In this document: in pieces, positions 22,101-37,100 of the stretch
Layout of the letters: each line of letters opens with the position of its first letter
Position numbering within the stretch: position 1 is the stretch's first letter
Assembly: GCA_001774395.1 (NCBI GenBank)
Contig: MEZX01000002.1
Coordinates: 302,101 to 366,100 of the forward strand
Length of the DNA: 64,000 bases
DNA from: Candidatus Berkelbacteria bacterium RIFCSPLOWO2_01_FULL_50_28
GTDB taxonomy: Bacteria; Patescibacteriota; UBA1384; 2-12-FULL-50-11
Reading direction: 5' to 3'
The notes under the pieces: model-generated
What the model was told of the DNA's origin: nothing
The model's database searches: none
Seen by the model: the letters and a program-made list of their open reading frames with translations, nothing else
Translations under genes and position numbers: made by a program

Positions 22101-25100
22101 GTAATCGTTAAATCGTTACTGATAAACATTGGACCGTCGTTGCCTAATTCCCAAGCGCCACCAACACCGTTAAAGGTAAGATTGTAGAAAGGTGTGTTAT
22201 AGATTCCCTGACCGCCCAGGGTTTTGCCGGTACTCGTCGAGTCGAAAGTTACCGTCCCGGTACCGGCGGTGAGAGTACCGTCGTTGATATACGAACTACC
22301 GATAGTGAACGAGGCGGTTGATGATGCTTGCAAGACGCCGAAGCCAGTAATCGTCACATCGCCGTCGGCGTCGATGATTCGATCGTTCGTTTCGTTGTCT
22401 AAGGTGGTGCTGAAGGAGTCAGTGGCTTTACCGATCGTTAGAGTCCCACTGGTGATGATTGAGCCAGTATTAGTGCCGTTAGTGGTAACGGTTTTAGTGG
22501 CGCCAGATGCATTTTCAAATTTCAAATCCTGGAGAGTCCAACCATTGGAACCAGCGCCGGAATTGCCGAAAGTCTTAGAAGCGGCAATGACTCGCTGGAT
22601 TAAAATTGAGCCGGTTGTCATGGAATAGGTGCCATTACTGCCGTTAACACTGCCGGTGACGGTTAAGTCGTTGTAACCACCGGAGATCGTGCCGCTGTTA
22701 GTTAGGTCAAAGCTCATCGAAGCCGGGGTCAGCACGGCCAGAGTGGAGCGATTAGAAACTCCGCCGTCAAACTGCATTGTCCCACCAGATGGCACAGTAA
22801 TAATATCGCCGTCTTGCTGAACAGTAACAGTTTTGGTGGCGGTTGAAGTTGAGTTATCGGCGTCAAAGGCGGTAAAGGTGTAGGTAGCGTTCAAGGCATA
22901 CGGAGTAGCACCGCAATCGACAGTGAACTTGGTGTTAACAGCACCAGTGGAATCGGTAAACAAAGTTCCAGTCGTTAAGTCACCGACATCAGTACCATTA
23001 CGGTAGACATCCATCACTGCTTGGGAGGTGACACAGCTGGCGCCGACCCCAGCGGTCTTGGTAACTAAACGATACGCGTACGGGCCGGCCGACAAGTCGG
23101 CCGGAGCCGTCAGGTCATAGCTCAAATTGGTGTCTTCGGTACCGGTCCCAGAATACCTGTGAGCAGTAACAGATTTCTCCCACAAATTGTTGGCGTAATT
23201 GAACTTGTCGGTGTCTTCGTCCTGCGGCGTCTCGGCAGTGTCAGAAGGAATGGCGTACTCGCCCCAAATCTTGGTTGATCCCGCTACACCATCGTGCTTA
23301 CGAGAGACAATATACGATGCGGCAAGAGTCACCCCCGTTACTTCGGTACTGGAGGAGAGGGTGGTGTTGTAAAGCGAAAGGGTATGAGCGCCAACATTAC
23401 CAAAAACAATGTCAGCGACAGTGTTGGGGCTAGTACCATAAACATCGTCAATCACCACATTGCCAGTAGAGACTGTGCCCTCAACAGCTAAACCACGTGA
23501 TTGGCCTCCGCTTTGATTGCTGGTTAGGATGTTGTTGTTTGAGCCGTCGTAAAGACGGAAGCCATAATTAGTGTTATTGGTTGCGGTATTGGATTTAAAA
23601 GTGTTGTTATTGGAACTTAGATAGATAAAGAATCCCTCATCGGTGTTACTGGTGGAAGAATTGGAGCTCAAGTAATTATTAGAGGCGGAGACCAAGATAA
23701 TTCCATCGCTGCTGTTAGCGATGGCGCTGTTACTTGTCAGGGTGTTGTTGTAGGCATTAATGAGCTGAATGCCAACATCAACATTGCCGATGGCGGTATT
23801 GCTTGTCAGGGTGTTGTTGTATGAGCTGGTTTCAATAAGGATTCCTTTGGAAATATTACCGACAGCGCTATTACTCGTTAGGGTATTGTTGGAGCTGGTA
23901 GTGAGATTGATGCCACGCTGAGTATTATTATTAGCCGTATTGCTCGTCAAGATATTGCTGTTGCTGGAGTCGAGACGGATACCATAGAGAGTGTTATTGC
24001 TGGCCGTATTGCTCGTCAAAGTATTGCTGTTGGCACCTGAGATGAGACGAAAACCGTAATCAGCGTTGCCAGTGGCCGAACTGTTGGTGATACCCTTGGA
24101 ATTGCCAGTGTTATTGTTGGTAGTGGCGGACAGGTAAGCACCGTCGTAACCGTTACGCAAGCGCGACCGGTCGATCGTGATTCCTTCATTGGCGTTAGTG
24201 CCGTTGAGAGTGTAAAGCGATACCCCGTTTTTACTGAAAGTATTGCGACCTAAATTACAGATATCAGCATAAGTCATAGCTATTTCCGAGCCGGCGATGG
24301 CGTAGATATAGCTTTCGCCAGCTTCGTTGACTGCTGCTGTGCAGGCGACACCGTCTTCAGCTGTGACATTAGCGTAGTCGTAGATTTCAAACTGATCGCC
24401 GGGTCGGACACCATCAGAGATATCTACTGTGTCGCCGGAGGTAAACCCAGAGAAGACATCGGGTGACTCGATCACTTTGAGTAAATCGTCGGTACCAGTA
24501 CAGCTGGCGGAATCGTTGGCGGAGTCAACAATTTGGAAGTAGCCCTTAGTGCCGGTGAAATCTCGCATATACGAACCGATCTTTTGGTCGTTAGCGGTGA
24601 TGGAGTCGGGAATGCAGACAGCCATAATTGTGTTATTGAGGGAGAGAGTTCTGCTGGCGGAAACAACACTAGCAGTGGATGTATCTGCTCTGGTTATCGA
24701 GTCGTCGGTGGCGGTGTCGCATTGGGCATCGTTAACGGTGGTGGCAGTAATCGGGTAGATCTGGCCGATGGCTAGACCAGTCGTGGCTCGGACATGTTTA
24801 CTGGTATATCCGGCCGAGAAGTCAGCCGTCGCACAGAGCTTTGTTTCCCGGTTGTCGTAGTCGGTAATGGCAGTCGAGGTGGTCGCGGCCAGCGAAAGAG
24901 CGCCGGTGACATTGAGTTTGCCAGTCGAGGCAACTTCCACACCGGTATCTGATGCTGTCGCGGAAGATTTGGGAATCAGCTTAAGAATACCGTTTTCGTT
25001 AATAGTCAGCGTTCCTTGTCCGGAACCGGAAGACGCTCCAACATCAACAATACAGTTAGCACATTGAGTTGAAGTATCTTTGTTGACCTGCAGGGTGATG

Positions 25101-28100
25101 GTACTGCCTTCAGCCAGAGCATCCATTGTTTGGAGAATGCCGGTTTCGTTAGCATTAACGGCGATATCGATTCCGCCGTATACAAGGAGGTTATCCGCAT
25201 TACCATCACCGATTGTTACTGTCCCATTCCCAATTACTAAGGCATCGGCCGCCGGAGTGCCGGAAGTGGTATCTACCAGCAGCCGGTTTTGACTTGTCCA
25301 GCCCCCGCCGCCAGAGGCGTTATGGAATTTAAGTTTGTAAAATGCTGGGTCGGATTGGATGGTTTTACCGGAAGCAGTGGAATTCATAGTGACTGTGCCA
25401 GAATTAGGGGCGAAGTTAGAAACATTAGTTAAGTTACCACCGACAGTCAAGGCGAAATTAGAAGCGGTCACATCTAAAGCCCCCGTTCGAACGCCGAGGT
25501 TATTGGTAACAGTGGTATCTGCTTCCAATACATATGTTTCGTAAGTGGGGTGGTTACCAGCGGCTAGAGCGGAGGCTTCGGTCGAACTTAGTAGTCGGTT
25601 GTAAATACGGACATCATTAAAGGATCCTGCCGTTGCCTGACCAGCATCCAACCCGCCACAGACCGAGTCTTGTTCTTGACCAATCTCCAAGCAACCACCG
25701 CCAAGAATAACTGCACTAGCAGCAAAAGTGTTGGAGTAGCCAGATACACCATCCTTATAAACATCTAGCTGGCCATCGCTTGATCTCCAAGTAACAACGA
25801 CATGATGCCAAGCGTTATCATTAATATCTACCCCTGTTGCTCGCGATGAACCGTTGATGTAGACAGTAATGTTATTACTGTCAAATAGGAGGAAGGCGTT
25901 ATCTGACCCACTTGAAGCGTAAGAAATCATCCCATTACTCGTATCAGAGGTTTTTATCCAGAACGCCGCCGAGATTACAGTAGTTGGAAATCCACTATAA
26001 CTACTTTTTTCCATCTTATCGTCGTTACCGTCAAGGGTTACTCCATATGGGTCTGAGCCACTACCACCGTAATGATTGTTGCTACTTACCGATGTTGTCC
26101 AGGTGGGCAATCCGCCCGTTGCTCCTCCCAAGGTTCCGTCGTTACCGTTTCCAGACACATCAACCGCATTCGTACCCGTTCCTTCGTCCATTTTCCAATA
26201 TCCTTGCAGGCCATCATTGATTTCCAGATTGTAGTATGATCCTGAAGTAGATTGAATTGTGGTATTGCCACCAGCGTTGTTACCGGTGTATTTGAAGGTT
26301 GAAGTGGCGCCGGTCAGAACACCTAACGGCGAAGCTAAGATTTGGAACGGATCGCCACCGGTACCAGAGAGAGTCCAAGTTCTGTTTCCAGCATCGAGCG
26401 TGGTCGTTGCTCCGGCCGAGTCGCCAGACTTGCCGACTTTCAGGATATCCGAAACGGTAATGCCGCCCGTTCCACCAGTTTGGGTGGTAACGGTGAAAGG
26501 TGACGAGCCGTGAGAATTGGAGAATGTCAGGTCGTAAAAGGTCCAAGCCGCACTACCGGAAGTCGTCCCAAAGTTTTTGGCCGCCCCGACTCGTTGTTCG
26601 AAAGTTCCACCCGTCAATGATATTATCCCCGCTGTCCCTGCCACGGCCCCGTTAACAGTCACATTCTGCGTACCATTCAAAGTCCCGGCGGTCATCGTTA
26701 GGTCGTTGGCGACGATCACAGCAGCGTCGGGCGTAACTGTTCCGCCACTGCCGTTAAGAGTGATGTTGTAAAGCAATTGCCCATTCGGAGAATAAGTCTT
26801 AGTTCCGGAGGTGTTAGTCCAAGTGAGAGTGGAAGTACTAGCAGTAACCGCAATTGTGCCCGTGCCGTTAACGAATTTAACATTTCCTTTCACATCTATG
26901 TTCGCACTACCCATATTGAGAGTATGGGCACCGCAGTTACTTTCGACATATAACCCATCGCCAGTACCGCTCAAGGTGATCGTACTCGAACCCCAGTTGG
27001 CGGCTGTGCTTAGACAGCTACTGCCTGTCTGACCGAATTGATAAGTGGGTGAGGTAATATTGTAATTCTGAGTGTTGAAAATCGAATCTCCACCAGATGA
27101 ATTAGCTTGTCGGAAGTAGAAGGAGGTAGTGAGATTGCCTCCAAGCTGGAAAGTAACGCCAGTGTTGGCACCGTACAGGTTGATACCCCACGAACCGTAG
27201 TTACCTCCAGCAACAGTGACAGTATACGGTCCTGCCGAGTTTGAATTGATGCCGATTGAGTTAATACCCGTAATAGTTGTAGGGCTAGCAAAAACTACAG
27301 GAGTATTATTAGTGCCGTTTACCCTGATATGAAACCAAGTTCCACCGCCACCATTAGTAACCGTTCCACCGTTGAAGGTAAGCTGACCCATCATTTGCCA
27401 GCCACCAGACCCAGAAGGAAATGTTGTGGTGAAAGTGGAGTACCCAACAGATAAGTGATTAAAGGATGCTGCGGCAGCAACAGCAATAGTACCAGTGCCA
27501 TTCAACGCCACAGTCGAAGTGCCGTAGACAAACTTCGTGCCGGTATCGTTCCAATGCCTTGATACCGTTATTGTTGAGCTTCCAGCCGTATAACTAACCC
27601 CAGCGGTATTGGCCAGAGTGAAGTCGCGGGTGACGGTCAGGGCGAGGTTGTTAGCAGTGACCGCTCCGTTAGTAACCGTAAAGTCGTTAGTGGCGATAGT
27701 CGCATCCTGGAAAGTCCAACCGCCACCGACACCGTTAAAGACGAGATTGTAAAAACTCTGCCCGTTGGAGGTGATCGTTTTGCCGGTGGTAGTGGCTGTC
27801 ATATTGACCGTCGAGGTGCCGGGTGATAAAATTAATGACCCTGTTCCATTTAAGTTCTGCCAGTTACCGCCAACATTTACGGTAGATGTATTCAGGTTCA
27901 CTGTGTGATTTCCTGCACTTGCATCGGCGTAAAAATTACCGGTCACATTTATAGTGCTTGACCCGAAGTTAGCTGTGGTATTTTGCAGCAACCACCCCGC
28001 AGAGCCAAATGTAAATGCGCCAACATTCAAAGTGTAATTCTGAGTATTAAACACTAAGCCAGTATTGTTACTGTCCAACCTAAAGGTTCCGGTGGTTGTT

Positions 28101-31100
28101 ACGGTGCCCCCTAATTGATAGGTTGCACTATTAGTATAAGAAGTGGTATTGAGATTCCAGTTTCCGTAATCACCGGCGGCAATGGTTTTCGTTGGGGTTG
28201 TTCCACCAGCTTGTTGATAAAAAGTCCCCCCTCCGGTCATTGCAGTCGGAGCGGCAAACACCATCGGTGTACAGCTACCACTACATTGAAGGTTTATCCA
28301 GACCGAGCCCGACTTGGTTAGTGTCCCACCGTTAACGGTAAAAGTATTACTTACCCGGATTTGGCTAGCGACAGTCGAAGTGAAAGTGGTATAAGCTAGC
28401 GAAATGTTATAGAACAACGAGCTATTGTTTAGTGCCGTTAATGTTCCCGTTCCGTTTAGTATCAGCGTCGAGGTTCCGTAGGCATATTTATATCCTGTGT
28501 CAGTGAAATGCCGGCTGACGGTGAGTGTTGATGAGCCGGCGATGTAGCTAACCCCTGAAGTATTGGCCAGCGTAAAGTCGCGGGTGACGGTTAGGGCGAG
28601 GTTGTTGGCCGTTACTGCACCGTTGGTAACGGTAAAGTCGTTGGTGGCGGCGACGGCGCTACTGTATGTCCAGCCGCCAGCCACACCATCAAAGACAAGA
28701 TTGTAGAAACTGGAGGCGCCGGTCATCGTGCCAGCTAAAGTGTTACCCGTCGCGGTGTCGGTGAACGAGGTGGTATTAGAGCCGGAGGTGAAAGTACCGG
28801 AGTTGGAGTAGTTGCCGCCGATGGAGAGGGCGAAGCCAGCCATATCCAAGACAGATGAGGCATCAATCCCCACTTGGCCTTGGTACGATGAGCCACCAGC
28901 GGGGGAGGTGGTGATTGTACCACCAGGCGCGAAGGTATTGTTGGTAACTTTTAGTTTCCAGTCGTTGTCGACAACGAGGTTACTGGTGGTAACGGTGGCG
29001 TGGATGTCGGTGTCGTTACCTTTGTCCCAGGAGTCGATATTAGTGTTAGTCAGTGAGCAGGTATTGTCGCATCTGGTAGTGAGACGATCTTGGTAGATGT
29101 GGATATTAGACAAAGCCGAACCAGTCGCTTTAGTAACAGTTGATCCAGTAATACCGCCAGCCGTGTCAAGGTAGATGGACAGAACATCGTTAGCGTTAGT
29201 GCCAGTGGTGAAAGTAAAGACGCCGGAACCGTTGGCGGTGGTAGTTTCTGTGGTCGTGCCGTTGATATACATGCGAACGGTTGGGCCGCTTACGACAGCA
29301 GTAGATTCGTCAGTCCCGTAAACAGTTCCCGTGACCGTGCCACTAAATGTCCAGTTAGTGTTGTTTTGAGCGTTGAAGTTCGTGCCGTCACTGGCAACGA
29401 TGGCGCTACCAGATGAAGCGTCCGAACGAGAAACATTGACATACGAGACAGCGATTTGAATGCCGGAAACATTCAGGAGCCAAGTACCGGTGATGGCACT
29501 GTTTCTAAAGTAAATTCTGGTGCCGATGGCGGCACCGTTCCAGTTGATATTAGCAACAGTGTAAGTGGCGGCTGATTCGTATTCCACCCGAACATTAGCA
29601 GTGGTGATGACATAGTTATTTGTCACCGTGGCCGCGGCATTGAAGTCTATCCCTGCTACCCAACCCGTTCGTTCGTTGTCAGAAGGAGAGGTACCAGAGC
29701 TGTTGGTGAGGGTGAGATTGTAGAAAGCCGAGGTAGTGGTCATTGTGCCGGAGAGGGTTTGGGTGGCCGAACCGTTCAAAGTGACAGTTCCGGTCCGGGC
29801 CGTAAATGTACCTGAATTACTGTAATTGCCACCGATCGTTAAGGCATACGGGGCGGCACTGACATCAAATGTTCCGGAAGTAATTGTAAAGTTGTTGGTA
29901 AAAATGGCCGCGCCGCCAAGAGTTAAACTGTTAGCTCCGGCCGCGATATTGCCGTTATAGAGCGAGAAGCCAGCTGGGGTGTAAGTCCGGGTCGAGTTGC
30001 TATTGAAATTAACGGTCGATGATCCACCGTCTAGGACCGCAATCTGGGCATGAGCGCTAGCAGTAAAGTCAACATTGGTCGTGAAGTTGAGTGTGGAAGA
30101 TTCTAAATTGAGAGTCCAACTTTCCAGGCCAGCACCCGCCGAGGTGATTAAGAAGCTACCAGAATTAACCGTACTGGCACCAAAGTTGACCGTCGCACTA
30201 CCAGTTGATCCTCTCGCACCCAGTGAAATGCCGGCAGTTGCAGTGACGGTGTTGCCGTTAGTATTGTAAACTCCGCCGGTGTAGGCATATGTTCCAAAGC
30301 TCCACCACTGAGAGGTGATAGTGGCGCCGGTTTGAGTGTAGGTCTGGTTGTTATTAGTGAAAGCAAAGTTCATCGACCAGTTGCCGTAGTCCCCAGCAGG
30401 AATAGTCATAATAGCTGAAGCACCAACGGGCCAGAAGTAAAACACGCCACCACCGTTAATTGTCGTCGCAGAGTTGAAGACGATCGGTGTACAAGTGCCG
30501 GTGCAGCCAGTGTTGACATAGCTTGCTCCGTAAGTCATCGTCCCACCGTTAAGTGCTAGCTGATTGGTAGTGCTGTTGCCGCCATTAATGCCCGAGCTAG
30601 TCGTAACAAATCCGGTGTACGCGACGCCCAAGTTGTAAAAACCGCTAGCACTTGCCAGTGTGCCAGTGCCGGTCATATTGACGGTTGAAGTGCCTTCAAC
30701 AAATTTATCGCCGTTATTAGTGAAGTGCCTCGAAACCGTAATCGTGCTACTTCCCGCCGTATACGAAACGCCGGAAGTATTGGCTAGCGTAAAGTCTCTC
30801 GTTACAGTCAGGGCGAGATTGTTAGCTGTGACAGCACCGTTGATGACCGTAAAGTCGTTGGTAGCGGCGACGGCGTTACTATAAGTCCAGCCACCAGCCA
30901 CCCCATCGAAAACAAGGTTGAAGAAGGCTGAACCGCCGGTCATGGTGCCGGCGAGTGTATTGCCGGTATCAGTGGCGTTGAAAGTAACGGTGCCAGATTG
31001 AGCAGTGAATGTGCCACCAGCGTTCGAGTAGTTATTACCAATTGTCAGGGCGAAGTTACCGGCTGTGACATCAAGCGTTCCGAGAGTGATGGTGAGATTG

Positions 31101-34100
31101 TTAGTAACAACGGTTGCTTCTTCAAGTACAAAGGCGTCGTCGGCGTTAATTTCAAGGTCGTAATACGAACCAGAGGTAGATTGGATGGTGGTATTGCCGG
31201 CGCCGTTAGCACCGGTGTAATAAAACTTCGATGTTCCGCCTGCCAGAACGCCGAGCGGAGAGGCTAGCAGTTGGAACGGATCGCCGGCAGTGCCACTCAA
31301 TGTCCAAATGCGATTACCGGCGTTGAGAGTTGTTGTTGCGCCAGCGGCGTCACCACTTTTACCAACCCTCAAGATACTACTAACGGTTATCCCCCCGCTT
31401 CCGCCAGTTTGGGTGGTGATCACAAATGGGGAGGATCCGTGAGAGTTAGAGAAAGTTAGCTCGTAAAAAGTCCAGGCATTTGAGCCAGACGATGTGCCAA
31501 AGTTTTTATTCGCCGCCACCCTGTTTTCAAAGGTACCACCTGTTAGAGTAATTATCCCTGCGGTACCTGCCGCAGTACCGTTAACGGTAACATTCTGGGT
31601 GCCGAGCAAAGTTCCGGCGGTCATGGTTAGATCGTTAACTACTTCGACGGCGGCGTTCGGCGTCCATTCGCCACTGGAACCGTTGAAGATTAAATTATTG
31701 AATTTACCGGTCGAACCGCTAAGCGTGCCTTGAATCGTGTTGCCGGTATCGGTGGCATTAAAGGTGACGGTGCCTGAATTGTGAGTAAATGTACCGGAAT
31801 TGGAATAGTTACCGCCAACAGTCAGGGCACCGCTAGTACTGGTAAGCTTGGCGCTGGCACTAATGGTTAGATCGCCCTGGGCATTAATAGTCGGGTTGTG
31901 TGTTGAACCGATACCGTGACCATCAACGGTTAGAGTGCCAGTGGCAGTAATGGTTTGGCTACTACCGGTGCCGATCGGGGTTTGAGAGAGACCGAGGCGA
32001 ACTTTTATAACTTTCCCAGGAGTGGTAAGCGTTCCGAAATAAGCCAAACCATTCGGTTGGTCGATTACGGCACTTATTGCACCCAATTCACCGCTATCAA
32101 ACGTGATCGCTCCGACGCGCGTAAAATCACTTAACTGGACTTTTACGACTCTGCCAGCGGTTTGACTTAGATCGTCGTAGGTTCCGAAGTAGGTCAGACC
32201 GTTAGGTTGGTCGATTACAGCGGAGTAAACCCTACTTTCCCCGGCACTGAAGGTTATCGCTCCGACGCGCGTAAAATCACTTAACTGGACTTTTACGACT
32301 ATGCCAGTGGTAGTAGCAGTGCCGAAGTAAGCAAAGCCGTTCGGCTGGTCTATAACTGCGCCAAATTGGAGATTATCTTCCCCGGCACTGAAGGTTATCG
32401 CTCCGACGCGCGTAAAATCACTTAACTGGACTTTTACGACTCTGCCAGCGGTTGTGTAGGTTCCAAAATAAGCGAAGCCGTTCGGCTGATCGATGACGGC
32501 GCTACGAATGCTGTTCTCACCAGTGTCGAGGGTTATGGCTCCAACGCGAGTAAAATTACTCAAGTTTATCTTTACTATTTTCGCGGGACTATCGTTAGTG
32601 CCGAAGTAGATAAAACCATTGGGCTGGTCAATGACACCTGGGGCGTAAATACTGCCCTCACCAGAGTTAAGAATAATTGATCCGACTCGCGTAAAGTCGC
32701 TTAAACGATACTTTATGATTCGTGAGGGGCTGTCGTTGGTGGCGTAGTAGGCGAAGCCATTAGGCTGGTCGATAACGGCGCCGAAATTATTGGTTTCACC
32801 GCTATTATTATTCAGCCCAGCAGCCCGAGCTAGGCCGTTGTTACCGCCGATTTTTAGTTGATTGTAATTAATGGACGGCGCTACAGCCCCTTCACCGGCG
32901 TAAACTACTGTTGATGTATCAGCCTGGAAAGTACCCTTGCTGGTTACATTTAACGGTGTAGTTGAGGGCGATCCAGATAAAGTGAGCGTGGTACTGCTGG
33001 CGGCAAAAGTATCGCTGACACTGGAAGAAGCGTTGCCGATTGTTAATTTCTGTTGAACGGTCGAGTTACCAACGGCCGTAAAGGTGGTAGCGTTACCGTC
33101 AGCGTTATTGCCAACAAGCAAGTTGTAATAAGTGGCGGCGGTAACATTTGTCGCACTGGTGCCGGCGTAGGAAACAGATGAGGTGCTGGGAGTGAAGGTA
33201 CCTGTCACAGTAAGCGGCGTCCCGCTGGCGGTTAAGGTGACGATTGAGCTACCGGCCGTCAGAGTACCGCCAGTAACAATGTTTAAGTTACCAGTGGATA
33301 GGTTGTAATTAGTCCAACCTGGAGCCAAAACCAGATTAGCGGTGTTGCTAGTAGTCCTGGTTATAGTTGTAGTTTTTCCAGATGCGACCGTTAAATTACC
33401 ACTGACATTGGCCGTCAAAACCGACGATCCCGAAGCAATAGTAGGATTGATCGTTAGATCACCGTTAACTGTTAGGCCAGGCGAGGCGGCATGATCAGTC
33501 CAGGTAATTAAATCAGTAGATTCCCAAACAACAGCGTCAGCAACCTGGTTGGTGGCGTCATGTCTTCCCCCAACAACATATTTTGCGCCATCATAGATTA
33601 TTGAATATGCCCATTGTTGTTCTACTCCAGCGGAAACGATCCGTGGCGTCCAGGTAATTAAATCAGTCGATTCCCAAGCAAAAGCATCCAAGGTCCCCAT
33701 AATATTGTCATAGCCTGTGGCAACGTATTTAGAACCTCCATAGATAACTGAATATAAAACCTGACCGCTCGTACCAGAAGCGACAGTTCGTGGTGTCCAG
33801 GTAATCAAGTCACTTGATTCCCAGACCAGACCGTCGCCGCTTCCAACACCTAAATCGTACCCAGCGACAACATATTTTGCGCCGTCGTAGATAATAGACA
33901 GTATATCTTCGGACCCTGCGCTATTTGCGACAGTCCGTCGCGTCCAGGAAATCAAGTCGGTCGATTCCCAAATATAAGCGTCGCAATTACCGAATCCACA
34001 AAAACCAGGAGTGACGGAGCTATCAGTACCGGCGGCAACGTACTTAGATCCGCCATAGGTGAAGGCATTTATTACTTGATGATTCGCGCCATTTGCGACA

Positions 34101-37100
34101 GTTCGTGGCGTCCAGGAAATCAAGTCGGTTGACTCCCAAACGACAGCGTCGTTAGTTCCAGAGGCGTCATCATTTCCTGCGACGATGTATTTTGAACCTG
34201 TGTAGATGATCGAAACTAGATTTTGACCTCCGGCGCCAGAAGCGACAGTTCGTGGTGTCCAGGAAATTAAATCCGTCGATTCCCAAACATAAGCGTCGTA
34301 AGTTCCAGAGGCAGCGTCCCCACCAGCAGCGACATATTTTGTGCCATCGTAGATCAGGGAAGATATAGTCTGGTTACCTGTGCCACCGGCCACGGTTCGC
34401 GGTGTCCACGAAACCAAGTCAGTCGATTCCCAAATAACAGCGTCAAAAGTCCCGGAGGCGTCGTCAAATCCCATGGCAATGTATTTGGAGTTTGCGTACA
34501 CAAATGAATTCACTCTCTGATTAGATGAACCGAGAGTATAGGTTCGGTTGGCAGTCAGAGTAGGCGTAATCTGGAGGTTACCGTAAACTGGTGCCTGAGA
34601 AACGGTTTGGGCAACATCAGAAAGATAACGCGTAGTCGAGGCGGAATTGAAAGCGTAGGTCTGGAAAGTAGGCATATTTCGAGTAGTAGTTTGAGTGGCA
34701 CCGGAATTGCAGGTGGCGTTAGTTGAGCCAGTTGTACCGCCAAGACAAAGCGTTGCGCCCGAAGCGATTGTTAGAGTACCGTTGGTCGCACCCGGACCGG
34801 TGATATTATTAGCATCAACATTGAAAACTCCAGCAGTGATAGTTAGGGCAGCTCCGGAAACATTATTTATCGTAACTGCCCCGCTCATATTAATAACGGT
34901 AGCGGTCGAATTGATTGTTAATTTATGAAAAGTGGTGGCGCCGGAAAGGAAAGTCGGTGTTCCGGAAGCGCTAGTAACTTTTACTTCTGATGTACCAACG
35001 GTGAAAGTACCAGCGCGAGTGAATAATGTACCAGAGATGCTCGTGAGGGTGATAACTGAAGACGCACTGGCGGCGTCAAGTGTTCCACCGGTAGCAATAT
35101 TAAGTCGACCGGTTGTGAGATTATAATCGGTTGAGCTTGGACGTACATCGATCTTAGAAGTGGCGGTGCCGGTTCGGGTGATAGTGGTCGCTTTAGTTGC
35201 GGCGACCGTGATATTGGCGCCCATGTTAACCGTTAGTAACTGGGTCCCGCTGGGCGAGATAGTAAAATTCCCGTTTATAGTTAGGGCGCTAGTACCGAAG
35301 GTGTATGTTCGCCCCGAAGTGGAAATGGCTGGGCTCAAAGTGAGGTTATAAAAAGTAATTGGGTTGTTGGAGGTGATTCCTCCAGAGGCATCTTTGTTCA
35401 TAACGACCGTTGAGGTGCCGGCATTAAAAGTACCAGTTTGAGTCCAGGAGCTTGCTGTTGAAGTGATAGTGGAGTTATTAGCAGTTAGCGTTCCTCCCGA
35501 TCCTGTGTTATCTATGTCCATCGTTCCAACCGATAGTGCGTAACTATTAGAGGCAGTTGTATTAACAACTGAAGCTCCGGTGCCGGTGCCAGTGATAGTT
35601 AAGGTTCTATTGGCCGCAATAGTAGTGGTACCGCCCAAATTGACGGTGAGAGTTTTAGTTGTCGAGCTGGCGGTGGGGTTAACTTGCATGCCACCGTTGA
35701 CGGTCAATGTACCGGTAGTGAGGGTGTAGGTTCGGTCGGCGGTGATAGTTGGAGTAATATAGAGGTCGGTGTAAGTGGTGTGTTGAATATCAGCAGTGCC
35801 ATCGCCGCTAAATACGGTCGTCGCCGGTGAAGTGAAGGTGCCTCCATCAATGTAAAGCGGTCGAGCGGTACCAGTGCCTGACTCATTTAGTGTTAGAGTT
35901 GCCGAGAAATCTCCGGGGATGCCTGTATAGGTACCCTTGATATGGAGCTTGGGCGTAGTTACTGACCCGCCGGGAGCAAAGGCTTTACTAGTTGGGATGT
36001 GCAGTTCGATACCCGACTCAAGAATCAAAGTGTCAGTGGCGGCATTTTCGGCGTCGTAAAGCATATCGGTATTGTTCTGGTCAGAGTCGTAATCAGTGAG
36101 GTTATCTATGACAATCGAGGAGCCAGTGGTGTAAGTAACTGATACTCGGTTTTCATAGAGATCTATACTGTAGGCGCCGTTGCTCTGAGCGACTAAAACA
36201 GTATTGGCTTTCATCGTTGAAGTCAGATATATCGTGACGCGGTCGCCGGAATTGACGGTTAGGCCGGTGAAGCTGAAAACAGCGGTAGTGTTACTGCAAG
36301 AGGCCGTGTTCTCGGCACCACCGTTGACGCGCAGACTAACATTTGTCGCCGCACCATCGCACGGCCCGCCATTACCGGATGTGCCGATAGTGGTTTCGTT
36401 GGCCATGTAAACCGTACCGGTAATAACGGCGGTAAAGCTCCAATTGGTATTGTTATTACCATCGTAGTTAGTTCCATTACCGGCGCTGATCGTACTACCT
36501 GAGGAAGCGTCTGAGCGTGAAACATTGACATAAGCTACATTGGTTTGAGTGCCGGAAACATTTAAAAGCCACGAACCACTAGCGGCCGAGTTTCTAAAGA
36601 AAATCCTCGTACCAACAGCCGCACCGTTCCAGTTAATATTGGTCATGGTGTAGGTCGAGCCGGTGTTGTATTCGACTCGTACCGATGCGACTGCGATAGT
36701 GTAGTTGTTGGTAACAGTGGCTGAAGCAGCAAAATCTATTCCGGCGACAAAATTTGTTCTTTCATCATCAGTTGCATCAGCCCCAGAAGCGTTAGTCAGA
36801 GTTAAATTGTAAAACGCCGAGGTGGTTGTCATCGTACCGGACAGGGTTTGGGCGGCCGCGCCGTTCAAAGTTACGGTACTGGTGCTAGCGGTGAAAGTGC
36901 CGTTGTTAGTGTAATTTCCCCCGACATTATAAGTAGTAGCACCACCCGAAGTGAGTGTGCCGTTAACTGTTAAGTTTAGGGTGGTTAGAGTTTCACTGCC
37001 ACCAACAGTCAAACTATTACTAGATAAAATGTCTAAGGTTTCGTCGGCATAACTACTAGTGGCATCAACCGAAATAGTGTTAGAGATCGCCTTGTACATA

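Noticed and set aside
20560-29700. DGR template/variable repeat pair (near-identical ~1.1-kb segments 20560-21700 versus 28570-29700)
   Set aside because: Mismatches between the copies are of all types rather than adenine-specific. Both copies are coding parts of the same gene. No reverse transcriptase is in the window.
32105-32440. CRISPR array (regular direct repeats)
   Set aside because: The repeats are 140-150 bp apart inside an open reading frame and translate into protein repeats. No cas genes are present.
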